DNA of 64,000 bases from Patescibacteria group bacterium (GTDB lineage: Bacteria > Patescibacteriota > Microgenomatia > UBA8517), in NCBI GenBank assembly GCA_035291665.1, contig DATDRP010000006.1, positions 145,255 to 209,254 of the forward strand, read 5' to 3'. The position numbers were made by a program, and so were the translations under genes. The notes beneath the pieces were generated by a model, which saw only the letters and a list, made by a program, of their open reading frames with translations, made no database searches and was not told the origin of the DNA. The stretch's first letter is position 1. Every line of letters starts with the position of its first letter. Positions 53,788 to 62,777 of this stretch are shown here, piece by piece.

Positions 53788-54029
53788 AAACTACTAAAAA
53801 CTTAAAACTGAATACTAAATACTCACAACTCACTTCCCACATCTCACTTCCCATTTCTTTTCGCTTTTCTCTATTCTCTTAATTCCTTAATTCCTATATT
53901 CCTAATTTCTTATCTTCATTTCCCACAACTCACTTCTCACTACTCATTTCCTACTTCCTACCTCCTACAACCTATAACCATTGCCCCTCTCATTTCTCAC
54001 ATCCCACATCCCATCTCTTACAACCTACC
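53788..54029 (+). repeat. G-depleted intergenic mosaic element (long copy)
   Basis: 3 G (53810, 53863, 53983) in 242 nt. 53849-53906 matches 59611-59668 at 54 of 58 positions. Confidence 0.9.
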
Positions 54030-54056
54030 GATCAGTGTTAATATACCAATATAAGT

Positions 54057-55028
54057 ATGAAGAAAATAATTGCCGCTATTTTACTATTATTAACAGCCGC
54101 ATTTGTGTTTTTCGGTTGGCAATATTTTGCTCCGGTTGGTTCATCCGAAGATCTTGTGGTTTTTGTCGTTCCGGAAAAAATGCCGGATTTTAATGTACCC
54201 GAAGAACTGTATAAGCAAAAATATATTAAAAGTTCCAAGGCCTTCCGGTTCCTTCTTGAAAATTTTGCACCGGGAGTAGAGATAAAACCCGGCGGATATA
54301 AAATAAGTCAAAACATGAATGCTTGGCAGGTTATGAAAAAGATTACAGGACAAGAGGATTTGAAATGGGTAACAATTTCTTATTGCCCCCGGAAAGAACA
54401 GGTTGGCGAGAAGCTTGCAGAAGTCTTGGGGTGGAACGACCTGAATCTAAGTGATTGGAATTCGCTCTATAAAAATACCAAACAGGAGTATTTTGAAGGA
54501 GTCTATTATCCGGATACATATCTGATTCCGGTTGACGAATCCCCATCACAAGTTGCCGGAAGATTTATAAACCGTTTCAATGAAAAGTTCGCACCTTTAT
54601 CGGAAAAGTTTATAGAAAAAAATATCAAATGGACGACAGGTCTCAAGATTGCCTCACTTATAGCCCGCGAAGCAGGAGGAACAGAGGATATGAATATAAT
54701 ATCTGCCGTAATCTGGAACCGTTTGGACGGGGGAATGCCGCTTCAGATTGATGCAACGATGCAATACACTCTCGGAAAAAATGAGGATGGCAGCTGGTGG
54801 GGAAATATTGATCTTTCAGAAAAAGATAAAGACTCGCCCTATAATAGCTATATGTATAAAGGACTTCCTCCCACTCCTATTTGCAGTCCGAATGTTAGTG
54901 CCATTGAAGCTGTTATTAACCCCGAAGAAACCGATTGTCTATTTTATCTGCATGACAAGAATAAAAATATTCATTGCGCGGTTTCCTACAAAGACCATCT
55001 GAAGAATATCCAAAAATATTTGAAGTAA
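54057..55028 (+). CDS. mltG: Endolytic murein transglycosylase MltG (YceG-like)
   Basis: N-terminal TM. YFEGVYYPDTY, ASLIAREA, VIWNRL, QIDATMQY, YNSYMYKGLPPTPICSP. Confidence 0.88.
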   Translation: MKKIIAAILLLLTAAFVFFGWQYFAPVGSSEDLVVFVVPEKMPDFNVPEELYKQKYIKSSKAFRFLLENFAPGVEIKPGGYKISQNMNAWQVMKKITGQEDLKWVTISYCPRKEQVGEKLAEVLGWNDLNLSDWNSLYKNTKQEYFEGVYYPDTYLIPVDESPSQVAGRFINRFNEKFAPLSEKFIEKNIKWTTGLKIASLIAREAGGTEDMNIISAVIWNRLDGGMPLQIDATMQYTLGKNEDGSWWGNIDLSEKDKDSPYNSYMYKGLPPTPICSPNVSAIEAVINPEETDCLFYLHDKNKNIHCAVSYKDHLKNIQKYLK

Positions 55029-55166
55029 ACATTAAAAATATACTATAAGAATATTCAGGAAAAGCCATCGAGTCTAATTGGATCTACCTCGACATCCAAG
55101 CTTGACTTGACTCGGGGGGGGATGTCATAGTCATTGACTTATGGGATAGTTTGATGCAATAATCAC

Positions 55167-58100
55167 TTGAGAATGCGGACGTTTTCAAGAAAGCTATCAT
55201 ATCTTCTTTGTTTTACTCTTCTTTTTTACCAACTCTCCCTTTTTTTATTCAACGATGCAAAAACCGCACAAGCAACTACGGCATCATATCAAGTGTCAAC
55301 TTCTACTGATGATGTAAACGAAGACGGCGGGACAATGAATTCAACAAGTACCAGTATTTGGGTGGGAACGGGCGGATCCACAAGCCAAAGTTACACCGGT
55401 TTCCGATTTACCAACGTAAGTATTCCCCAAGGATCAACTATTACATCTGCTTATATAGAGCTTTGGTCTATCCAAGATTCATGGATTGATACCGGTTATC
55501 AAATCGGGGCAGAAAATGTCGGCAATAGTACAACTTTCACAAGTACAACAAAGCCGTCACAACGGGCTCTGACAACCGCCGTGGTCAACTATTCATCAAG
55601 CTCCCATTGGTTAATCAACACTTGGTATCAGGATGCAAACATACCCTCAGTTATTCAGGAAGTTGTTAACCGTACTGATTGGACAAGCGGTAATGCGTTG
55701 TCGATTATTTACAAGGGAACTTCCGCAGCATGGGGTAGAAAGTATGCATCAAGCTATAACGGGAACCCATCCTATGCTCCGCGTTTAGTTGTTGCATTTG
55801 AAGCCGCAACCACGCCTAGTCCGACGCCGCCGCCGACGCCCACTCCCACTGAAACTCCGACTCCTACACCAACAGAAACACCAACTCCTACTCCTACCGA
55901 ATCTCTAACTCCGACTCCCACGGAAATCCCCACTCCCACTCCGACCGAGACGCCAACGCCAATGCCTACCCCAACAGCCTCGGTTACCCCGACACCTCAG
56001 CCACCTTCGGAATGGACGCAGCTCGGACATGACGCACAGCATTCATCGTACACGGAACAATTTGTCCCAACCCCATGGAAGTGGAAATGGTCATGGAACG
56101 GACCCGACGCAGCAGGAAATGTACGTGCGGATAAACTGAATTATCCCGGAAGCAGTGATTTTACAACTCCGGGTATCCCTCGGAATATTCAACCGGTGAC
56201 CGGTGGGGGTAAAGTATATATTGCTGCCGGAAATTTCGGTGTTTACGCCCTTAATGAGGAAGACGTAAATACTGACAGTTTTGCAGATGTTTTGTGGAAC
56301 GTAAATCCGGTTGCTGGTGGTGGAGTTAAGTCAACTCCCGCATACGATAGCGAAACTGGAGCATTATTTGTTCTTGGAACAAATGGCGTTGTTTACAAAT
56401 TGGATACCCTTAACAGCGGGATCGTGATTGGAGAATTTAATACAAATCAAAGTTATGCACCATATACAACAAGTGCTGACCGATACAATCGGGTAGCGTT
56501 GCCGACATCCCCCACACTTTCGGGAAACCGGTTATTTGTATCGATGGGACAGAAAGTTTTTGCACTGGACAAAAACAATCTTAGTAATCTTATATGGGAG
56601 TACGATGCGGGAGCAGAAGTTTATACACCGCCTGCATACTCAACTGTCAGGGATATGGTCTTTGTTGCATCTCAGGATTTGACACCCGGTCCGGATGGAA
56701 AACTTCATATTTATACGCATGCAATATCAAATTCTAATGGACTGGAATTGTGGAAGACTAGCATCACTAATATCACCGGTGTTGAAGCGGGAGACCCCAA
56801 CCCGCCTCCAAATTACACCAGCCAGGTAAGAGCGGAAGTACTTAACGGTTGGCCGGTTATTGCTGAAGAACATGGTCTGGTTTTTATCAAATTAAGACTT
56901 AATTGGAATACGATGTGGACTTGGAGTCCCTGGTCAACGAGCAATGAGACGAACCGGACGAGGCTTCTTTCCAATCCAACACAACAAGCTCTGATTGCTC
57001 TTTCAATGGATAGCGGGAGCCAACCGTTTGTTGTCAATATCGGTCACGGAGGCTATGGAGATGGATTCATCCCGATGGGACCCCAACCGGTTGTAAAGAG
57101 GTTTGCCGATGGGAGTGAAGTTGTCTATACGATGGTAAGGGGAGACAGTCAATCCGGTGTTGACGGTCGTTCGGATACCCACTTTGGGGAGTTGGTTTTG
57201 GATTCAACAACAGCAACCGGATTTGAACCGGGCTATGTCAGATGGATTGAATACGGTAATTATGGTTGGCCGGCAAATTCAAATAATGATACTCCGCCGA
57301 CAGATGAGCAGCCGAATGTATCAATGTCAGGAAACTATCTTTTCGGAGGCCACTGGGCTGTTGGGAATGCGATGGAAATCGTTGATAGGAATGCAAATTT
57401 GGGAGGCTATTCAAACCCCATCACAACAGAACCGATTCCGAATATCGCTTTAATGACAAATTCGTCAACTGTTCCGGAAGGATTTGACTCTTCACACTAT
57501 GTTTCACACAATTTTGGCATGGCAACGAATGGGGAATGGAGGGCGTTGCCTCCCGGATTTTACGTATATTGGAATCAAGGGCATCTTTATGATCAATACT
57601 GGAGCGACTACTCTACCTGGACAGTTAGTAATAATACCGTTTACTATTTGACGAATGATGGTGCACTTGTTGCTTTAGATCACAATAGTGGCAGTCCTAC
57701 ACCTACACCAACACCCAGTCCAACTGCCACGCCTACTCCCACTGAAACTCCGACTCCGATACCGACCGAGATACCAACACCTACGCCAACTGAGATTCCT
57801 ACCCCGACACCGACTGACATTCCGGCTCCGACTCCAACAGAAATACCTACTCCGACACCTACGGATTCTCCCACTCCAACGCCGACTGATACGCCCACTC
57901 CCACGGACACACCCACTCCGACACCTCCGCTAGTGATTAATATGGCTGTCATGAGCGACAGCTCTTCTGATGAGTATCGTGCAGACGACAATCGTGCCGG
58001 AGGAACTCAATGGGAGTTAACAACGCTGGCCTGGACCGAGTTATTGGAAAAATATCGCGGATTTAATTTGGGGTCTTGGGGAACGCGTGGGGAGCCAAGA

Positions 58101-59597
58101 CGGACCGGTTATGAATACAATTGGGCAAGGACAGGTGCCGAAGCAGCAGATGTAGTTTTTGCCGGCCAACATACAGGCGTTGCTTCCCAGGCACAGTCGG
58201 GTTTAGTCAATATTGTTTATTTCCAGATAGGAAACAACGATTTTGCATATTACCGAGACGGTGCAGATATATATAACGGTGCTCTTTCAGGACAGGCTTT
58301 AACCGATAAAATTAATGCAATAATTTCAAATATCTCAACTTCTCTCGATACTGTTTTGGATGCAGATCCAAACGTAAAGGTAATTCTTGGAAATATTGCA
58401 GATCCTGGACTATCACCTTATTGGGCAGCACAATTCCCTGATCCGGTAAAAAGGCAGTTGGTTACCGATGCAATAAACCAAACTAATGCGGGTATAACAA
58501 ACCTGCTTCTTACCCGGAGCAGAGTTACTTTATTTGATCAAATGGCTTTTGCAAACGAGCTTATGTCTAAGGTTGTTAATGGTAATTTGGTGATAGGCGG
58601 AGAAAATATCAGCTTAACTCAAAATGGCGATGAACCCCACCATGCAATTTTGGGAGATAATATCCATGGCGGGACAGTAATGGAAGGCTTAGTTGCCAAC
58701 GGTTTGATTCCTCTGGTAAATCAGACAACCGGATCGCAGATTCAATTATTTTCTGAAACCGAAATTTTGAATAATTCTGGTATCTTTCCCAGTCCGACTC
58801 CGACTCCCACGGTGATTCCTACTCCGACACCTACTCCGGTGTTTGAAACTCACTATATATCGGTAAATCCGGACGGAGTTATCGGAGGGGTAGCTGTTGC
58901 CGGAGAAGATATTCTCAAATTCAATACCGTAACTGGTTTGTATGAAACATACTTCGACGGTTCGGATGTTGAGCTTTCGGGAACATCGATTGATGCGTTT
59001 ACCTTTCTTCCCGGAGGCGACATGATTCTGTCTTTTTCCGGAAGCGTTTCAATAACTGGGTTGGGGACAGTCGCTTCGCAGGACTTGGTCAGGTTTACTC
59101 CGCTTTCGACAGGTAATAGTACAAGCGGATCTTTTAGTTTATATTTTGACGGATCAGATGTTGCCTTAAGCAATTCGTCGGAAAATATAGATTCAGTATC
59201 GGTTTTGGAAAATGGGGATATTCTCTTATCAACAAATGGCAGTATTTCCGTAACCGGAGTTTCAGCAAACGATGAAGATATTATCGAATTTACTCCGACT
59301 TCACTCGGTCCGGCAACTTCGGGAAGCTGGTCACTTTATTTTGATGCATCTGATGTTGGATTATCAAGTACGAGCGAAGATATCGATGCTTTGAGTATCG
59401 CGTCATCGGGAGATTTTTATCTTTCAACAAGCGGCAGCTTCAGTGTTACGGGTGTCTCCGGTCAAAATAATGATGTCTTTATCTTTGATCCGTTAACTTT
59501 GGGAGGGGATTCGTCAGGAACTTTTTCCCAGCCGATTTATTTGGACGGAAGCGCTTTCGGATTATCGGGTTTCAACGTTACGGGATACTACAAATAA
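55167..59597 (+). CDS. 1476-aa secreted multidomain protein: unassigned N-domain, PT linker, PQQ-like beta-propeller, PT linker, SGNH/GDSL-like hydrolase, PT linker, four novel ~64-aa repeats
   Basis: Signal/TM at the N-terminus (start TTG 55167 or ATG 55173). Propeller-type repeats ([62 protein letters not shown]). SGNH blocks ([22 protein letters not shown]). Confidence 0.85.
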   Translation: MRMRTFSRKLSYLLCFTLLFYQLSLFLFNDAKTAQATTASYQVSTSTDDVNEDGGTMNSTSTSIWVGTGGSTSQSYTGFRFTNVSIPQGSTITSAYIELWSIQDSWIDTGYQIGAENVGNSTTFTSTTKPSQRALTTAVVNYSSSSHWLINTWYQDANIPSVIQEVVNRTDWTSGNALSIIYKGTSAAWGRKYASSYNGNPSYAPRLVVAFEAATTPSPTPPPTPTPTETPTPTPTETPTPTPTESLTPTPTEIPTPTPTETPTPMPTPTASVTPTPQPPSEWTQLGHDAQHSSYTEQFVPTPWKWKWSWNGPDAAGNVRADKLNYPGSSDFTTPGIPRNIQPVTGGGKVYIAAGNFGVYALNEEDVNTDSFADVLWNVNPVAGGGVKSTPAYDSETGALFVLGTNGVVYKLDTLNSGIVIGEFNTNQSYAPYTTSADRYNRVALPTSPTLSGNRLFVSMGQKVFALDKNNLSNLIWEYDAGAEVYTPPAYSTVRDMVFVASQDLTPGPDGKLHIYTHAISNSNGLELWKTSITNITGVEAGDPNPPPNYTSQVRAEVLNGWPVIAEEHGLVFIKLRLNWNTMWTWSPWSTSNETNRTRLLSNPTQQALIALSMDSGSQPFVVNIGHGGYGDGFIPMGPQPVVKRFADGSEVVYTMVRGDSQSGVDGRSDTHFGELVLDSTTATGFEPGYVRWIEYGNYGWPANSNNDTPPTDEQPNVSMSGNYLFGGHWAVGNAMEIVDRNANLGGYSNPITTEPIPNIALMTNSSTVPEGFDSSHYVSHNFGMATNGEWRALPPGFYVYWNQGHLYDQYWSDYSTWTVSNNTVYYLTNDGALVALDHNSGSPTPTPTPSPTATPTPTETPTPIPTEIPTPTPTEIPTPTPTDIPAPTPTEIPTPTPTDSPTPTPTDTPTPTDTPTPTPPLVINMAVMSDSSSDEYRADDNRAGGTQWELTTLAWTELLEKYRGFNLGSWGTRGEPRRTGYEYNWARTGAEAADVVFAGQHTGVASQAQSGLVNIVYFQIGNNDFAYYRDGADIYNGALSGQALTDKINAIISNISTSLDTVLDADPNVKVILGNIADPGLSPYWAAQFPDPVKRQLVTDAINQTNAGITNLLLTRSRVTLFDQMAFANELMSKVVNGNLVIGGENISLTQNGDEPHHAILGDNIHGGTVMEGLVANGLIPLVNQTTGSQIQLFSETEILNNSGIFPSPTPTPTVIPTPTPTPVFETHYISVNPDGVIGGVAVAGEDILKFNTVTGLYETYFDGSDVELSGTSIDAFTFLPGGDMILSFSGSVSITGLGTVASQDLVRFTPLSTGNSTSGSFSLYFDGSDVALSNSSENIDSVSVLENGDILLSTNGSISVTGVSANDEDIIEFTPTSLGPATSGSWSLYFDASDVGLSSTSEDIDALSIASSGDFYLSTSGSFSVTGVSGQNNDVFIFDPLTLGGDSSGTFSQPIYLDGSAFGLSGFNVTGYYK
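55811..56005 (+). repeat. Coding Pro/Thr linker 1 (degenerate TPTPTE codon repeats)
   Basis: [56 protein letters not shown]... Confidence 0.85.
57694..57930 (+). repeat. Coding Pro/Thr linker 2 (degenerate TPTPTE/D codon repeats)
   Basis: [79 protein letters not shown]. Confidence 0.85.
58878..59594 (+). repeat. Four tandem ~64-aa protein repeats at the C-terminus of the 1476-aa protein
   Basis: Units begin near 58878, 59073, 59265 and 59460. Consensus: [ED]D[IL]..F.P...[22 protein letters not shown]....GD..LST.GS.SVTGVS. Confidence 0.75.
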
Positions 59598-59825
59598 CTT
59601 ACAACTCATTTCCCATTTATTTTCCCTTTTCTCTAGTCTCTTAGTTCCTTAATTCCTATATTCCTAATATCCTACCCCCTATCTCTAATAACCAATTATC
59701 AAATTCCAAATACCAAACAATAAATTTCTAATATCTAATTTCCAATAAATTTTCTCTTAGTTCCTTAATTCCTTTATTCCTGATATCCTACCTCCTATAA
59801 CCTGCAACCTATAACCATTATACCC
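59598..59825 (+). repeat. G-depleted intergenic mosaic element (long copy with internal 46-nt duplication)
   Basis: 5 G in 228 nt. 59637-59682 and 59753-59798 are identical at 43 of 46 positions. Colinear with 53849-53906 and 53957-53982. Confidence 0.9.
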
Positions 59826-60551
59826 TCACATTCTGTAGCTTAACGCTGAAGTGTTGGCTTTTGTGATATTAACACTTAGGATTTCACCATCATAATTGAA
59901 TACGAATGAAACACGAGCATCAAGATTGTTTGTGATGTATAGATTTTGTCTTGCACTTTTATCAAATCCGCCGGGAAGATAAAAAATTGAAACTCCGTAT
60001 TCCTTCGGAACTTCATTAATAACAGCAAAATTGTGATTTGAAGGATCATATGCAGTCAGTCCTGCATCTTTTGCCGCCCAGTATAAAATTGATGCCAAAT
60101 GGCAGACACCGTCTCCCATAAGATAACCATCGGACTTGAACCCATCCTGATAGTTGAAGCGGGCATTAGTCGTTTTAACTACATTTTTATTAAACTTATC
60201 CAGTATCTGGCTATGAAAAGCAAAGCTTTCTCCCGGGTTCAAATCAAACTTATAGTCCCTGGGTTTTTCAATATTCTCCCAGACGATTTCTGATTTATTT
60301 TTAACTGTCCCGTCCATATAGTTTAAAGTCAGAAGGATATTATCTTTGAATACATCATTTACAAATTTATTGGGATATCTCTCCTCCAAAGATATGGATT
60401 TTGAAGAAAGGGTAGAGTATCCTTCTTCTTCTACGGAATTATTATTTGCCACATTGACCACCTCCGCCGGGGACGACGGGAATAAAATTATCAGTAATAT
60501 AAAAAGATAAAGTAATTTTTTATACATAGGACTCACTTTTTTTTCAGACAT
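59826..60551 (-). CDS. VanW-like protein
   Basis: N-terminal signal/TM. The GDGVCHLASILYWAAKDAGL motif resembles the VanW-domain GGGVCQ.S.TLY core. Confidence 0.6.
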   Translation of the reverse strand: MSEKKVSPMYKKLLYLFILLIILFPSSPAEVVNVANNNSVEEEGYSTLSSKSISLEERYPNKFVNDVFKDNILLTLNYMDGTVKNKSEIVWENIEKPRDYKFDLNPGESFAFHSQILDKFNKNVVKTTNARFNYQDGFKSDGYLMGDGVCHLASILYWAAKDAGLTAYDPSNHNFAVINEVPKEYGVSIFYLPGGFDKSARQNLYITNNLDARVSFVFNYDGEILSVNITKANTSALSYRM

Positions 60552-60655
60552 AAAAAAAGTTCCCGAACGGGAACTATAGTGTGTATATTACCACATTATA
60601 GGTCTTTTTTCAACCTAACTGATGAAAATATGTTTATTTTTTGATAGTCTGAAAT

Positions 60656-61351
60656 ATGGCAAAATATCGGAAAAACAATTTCCCCTATCTGATAACCGTA
60701 CTTTCCGTAGTTCTTATTAGCCTTGGAATTTTTATATCAAAAAGGAATGTTTCCTATTCCAAGTGTGCAAACACTTTGAGCTGTGAAGAAAGTCTTAACT
60801 TTTCCATAAACAATGATGAAACAGCCGTTTTTAATGGTGAAATCATTAAGCCGCCGGAAATAGATCTTGCGCAAATTATTGACGAACCGAAAGTATTGGG
60901 TGAAGAAACCGCAGTTTCGGACAAACGTATTGAAGTTGACTTGACTACGCAAACCCTCAAAGCATATGAAGGAGAGAAGCTTTATATGGAAAGTAAAATA
61001 TCATCCGGAAAAATGTTTCCTACGCCAAACGGGGAATTTACCATATGGAGAAAAATAAGAGCCACCAAGATGTCGGGCGGGACGGGTAATGGATATTATT
61101 ACCTTCCGAATGTGCCGTATGTTATGTTTTTTTCCGGTTCCAAATTATCAGCCGGACTCGGGTTTAGCCTTCACGGTACATATTGGCATGACAATTTTGG
61201 CCACCCCATGAGTCACGGCTGTGTGAACATGAAGACGCGGGATGCAAAGAAACTTTTCGAATGGGTGGATCCTCCAATGACTCCCGAACAAAAACAATCC
61301 GAACCGGGTGAAACCGGAACAAAAATAATCATATATGGAAAAGCACCATAA
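60656..61351 (+). CDS. L,D-transpeptidase (YkuD domain)
   Basis: N-terminal TM. Catalytic HG...SHGCVNM motif. Confidence 0.85.
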   Translation: MAKYRKNNFPYLITVLSVVLISLGIFISKRNVSYSKCANTLSCEESLNFSINNDETAVFNGEIIKPPEIDLAQIIDEPKVLGEETAVSDKRIEVDLTTQTLKAYEGEKLYMESKISSGKMFPTPNGEFTIWRKIRATKMSGGTGNGYYYLPNVPYVMFFSGSKLSAGLGFSLHGTYWHDNFGHPMSHGCVNMKTRDAKKLFEWVDPPMTPEQKQSEPGETGTKIIIYGKAP

Positions 61352-61964
61352 TAAATATTATTTAATTTTGACCTTATCCGGAATATTTCTTACTACCGGA
61401 CTTGTACTTATGGCCGCATCCGGACTGAAGAAAGATGTGTCTGTGACTACCGATTTGGCGTATGACGCCAAAACTGAAATCCCATTCAAAGAAGAAGAGG
61501 CGGACATTATTTCCCCCGACGGCAAATATACTCTAACCGTTAAAAAAGGAATGGAATTGAATGGATTGGTTCCCCAATCATTTTATATATCATCGGAAAA
61601 GGACTCATCCCCGATAAAAATATTTGAAAAAAATTCAAAACCCGAAAATATGATATCAGTCCCGGAAAACACTTTTTCTCCGGATAATAAATATATTTTT
61701 CTGAAATACGACGAACAGGGTAAATCCCGATATCTTGTTTTACGGACAAACGGGGAAGAAATAAGGAATGGAGTTCCGACCGTGGAATTTGAGGGTCTTT
61801 TCAGCGAGAAATATCCTGAATTTGTTATTACTGATGTAACCGGATGGGGTAGCTATAGTTTAATTGTTATAAATACTGACACAATAGACGGAAAAACAGG
61901 TCCATCCTGGTGGTTTGACCTATCCAGCCTTACATTTATCCGTTTATCATCGAGATTTAATTGA
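61335..61964 (+). CDS. Hypothetical membrane-anchored protein
   Basis: 209-aa ORF with an N-terminal TM. Overlaps the ldt end by 17 nt. Confidence 0.5.
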   Translation: MEKHHNKYYLILTLSGIFLTTGLVLMAASGLKKDVSVTTDLAYDAKTEIPFKEEEADIISPDGKYTLTVKKGMELNGLVPQSFYISSEKDSSPIKIFEKNSKPENMISVPENTFSPDNKYIFLKYDEQGKSRYLVLRTNGEEIRNGVPTVEFEGLFSEKYPEFVITDVTGWGSYSLIVINTDTIDGKTGPSWWFDLSSLTFIRLSSRFN

Positions 61965-62059
61965 TACATAATTTCTTCAAAGGATAAAAGCCCGTATTGA
62001 AATATTGATATAGTATGTAAGCTGTGTTACAGACTTATGAGTTCAATTGCGTAAAATGA

Positions 62060-62716
62060 ATGAAGTATATGAATAATAAAGTTATAGTTGCTGCAGTCGT
62101 TCTGATATTGCTGCTTGTTGGCGGAGGAGCATATTTGATGATGTCCAAGAAGTCTGGCGTAACTACCCCAACAAGTGTTAATAATTCACAAGGAAGCGCT
62201 GTCCAAGAAACGACCGGATCGGGTCAAAAGTCGCTTAAGGATTTACTTTTGGCGGGAGTCCCGCAAAAATGCAGCTTTAGCGATGTAAGTAGCGGTGTGG
62301 AGATGGACGGAACATCATATATTGCCGGTGGAAAAGTCCGTGCCGATTTTAATTCAAAAACAGAAGGAAAGGCAACTTCCGGTCATACAATTGTTGACGG
62401 AAACACAAGTTACATTTGGATGGACGGATCGCAAACGGGATTTAAGATGGAAGTTAATGAAACCGAAAGCGACACGTCTTCAAATACAAATCAGGAAGGA
62501 TTGGATTTGAATAAATCGATTGACTATAAGTGCAGTACCTGGCTTCCTGATCAATCACTATTTAACCCACCGAGTGATGTTTCATTTACACAATTTTCTG
62601 CACCGCCAACCCAGGCAGCAGGTTCTAATACTCAATTGAACAATTTATGCAGCAGCTGTGATGCACTTACCGGTGATCAAAAAACCCAATGTCTATCTGC
62701 TTTGAACTGCAATTAA
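62060..62716 (+). CDS. Hypothetical membrane-anchored protein with C-terminal Cys motif
   Basis: 218-aa ORF with an N-terminal TM. C-terminal CSSCDAL..QKTQCLSALNC. Confidence 0.5.
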   Translation: MKYMNNKVIVAAVVLILLLVGGGAYLMMSKKSGVTTPTSVNNSQGSAVQETTGSGQKSLKDLLLAGVPQKCSFSDVSSGVEMDGTSYIAGGKVRADFNSKTEGKATSGHTIVDGNTSYIWMDGSQTGFKMEVNETESDTSSNTNQEGLDLNKSIDYKCSTWLPDQSLFNPPSDVSFTQFSAPPTQAAGSNTQLNNLCSSCDALTGDQKTQCLSALNCN

Positions 62717-62777
62717 TACATCTGACAGATTGGATTTTATCCCTTTTTAATTCTAAATTGAAGCTAAAAAATTATAT

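Noticed and set aside
55811-57930. Periodic short repeats that might be mistaken for a CRISPR array
   Set aside because: The period is 6-18 nt, with no spacer-sized unique segments. The repeats are in-frame codon repeats (TPTPTE) inside a long ORF. No cas genes are present in the window.
57680-57991. 103-aa minus-strand ORF encoding a GVGVGVSVG repeat
   Set aside because: It is the reverse-complement reading of the Pro/Thr linker codons (ACNCCN) of the giant gene, not an independent gene.
59817-59822. Minus-strand TATAAT at the right edge of the 59.6-kb element, as the promoter of an AGGA-rich antisense RNA
   Set aside because: There is no acceptable -35 or TG extension. The equivalent position in the 53.9-kb copy reads GGCAAT. 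It is kept only as a remark inside the finding, not called as a feature.
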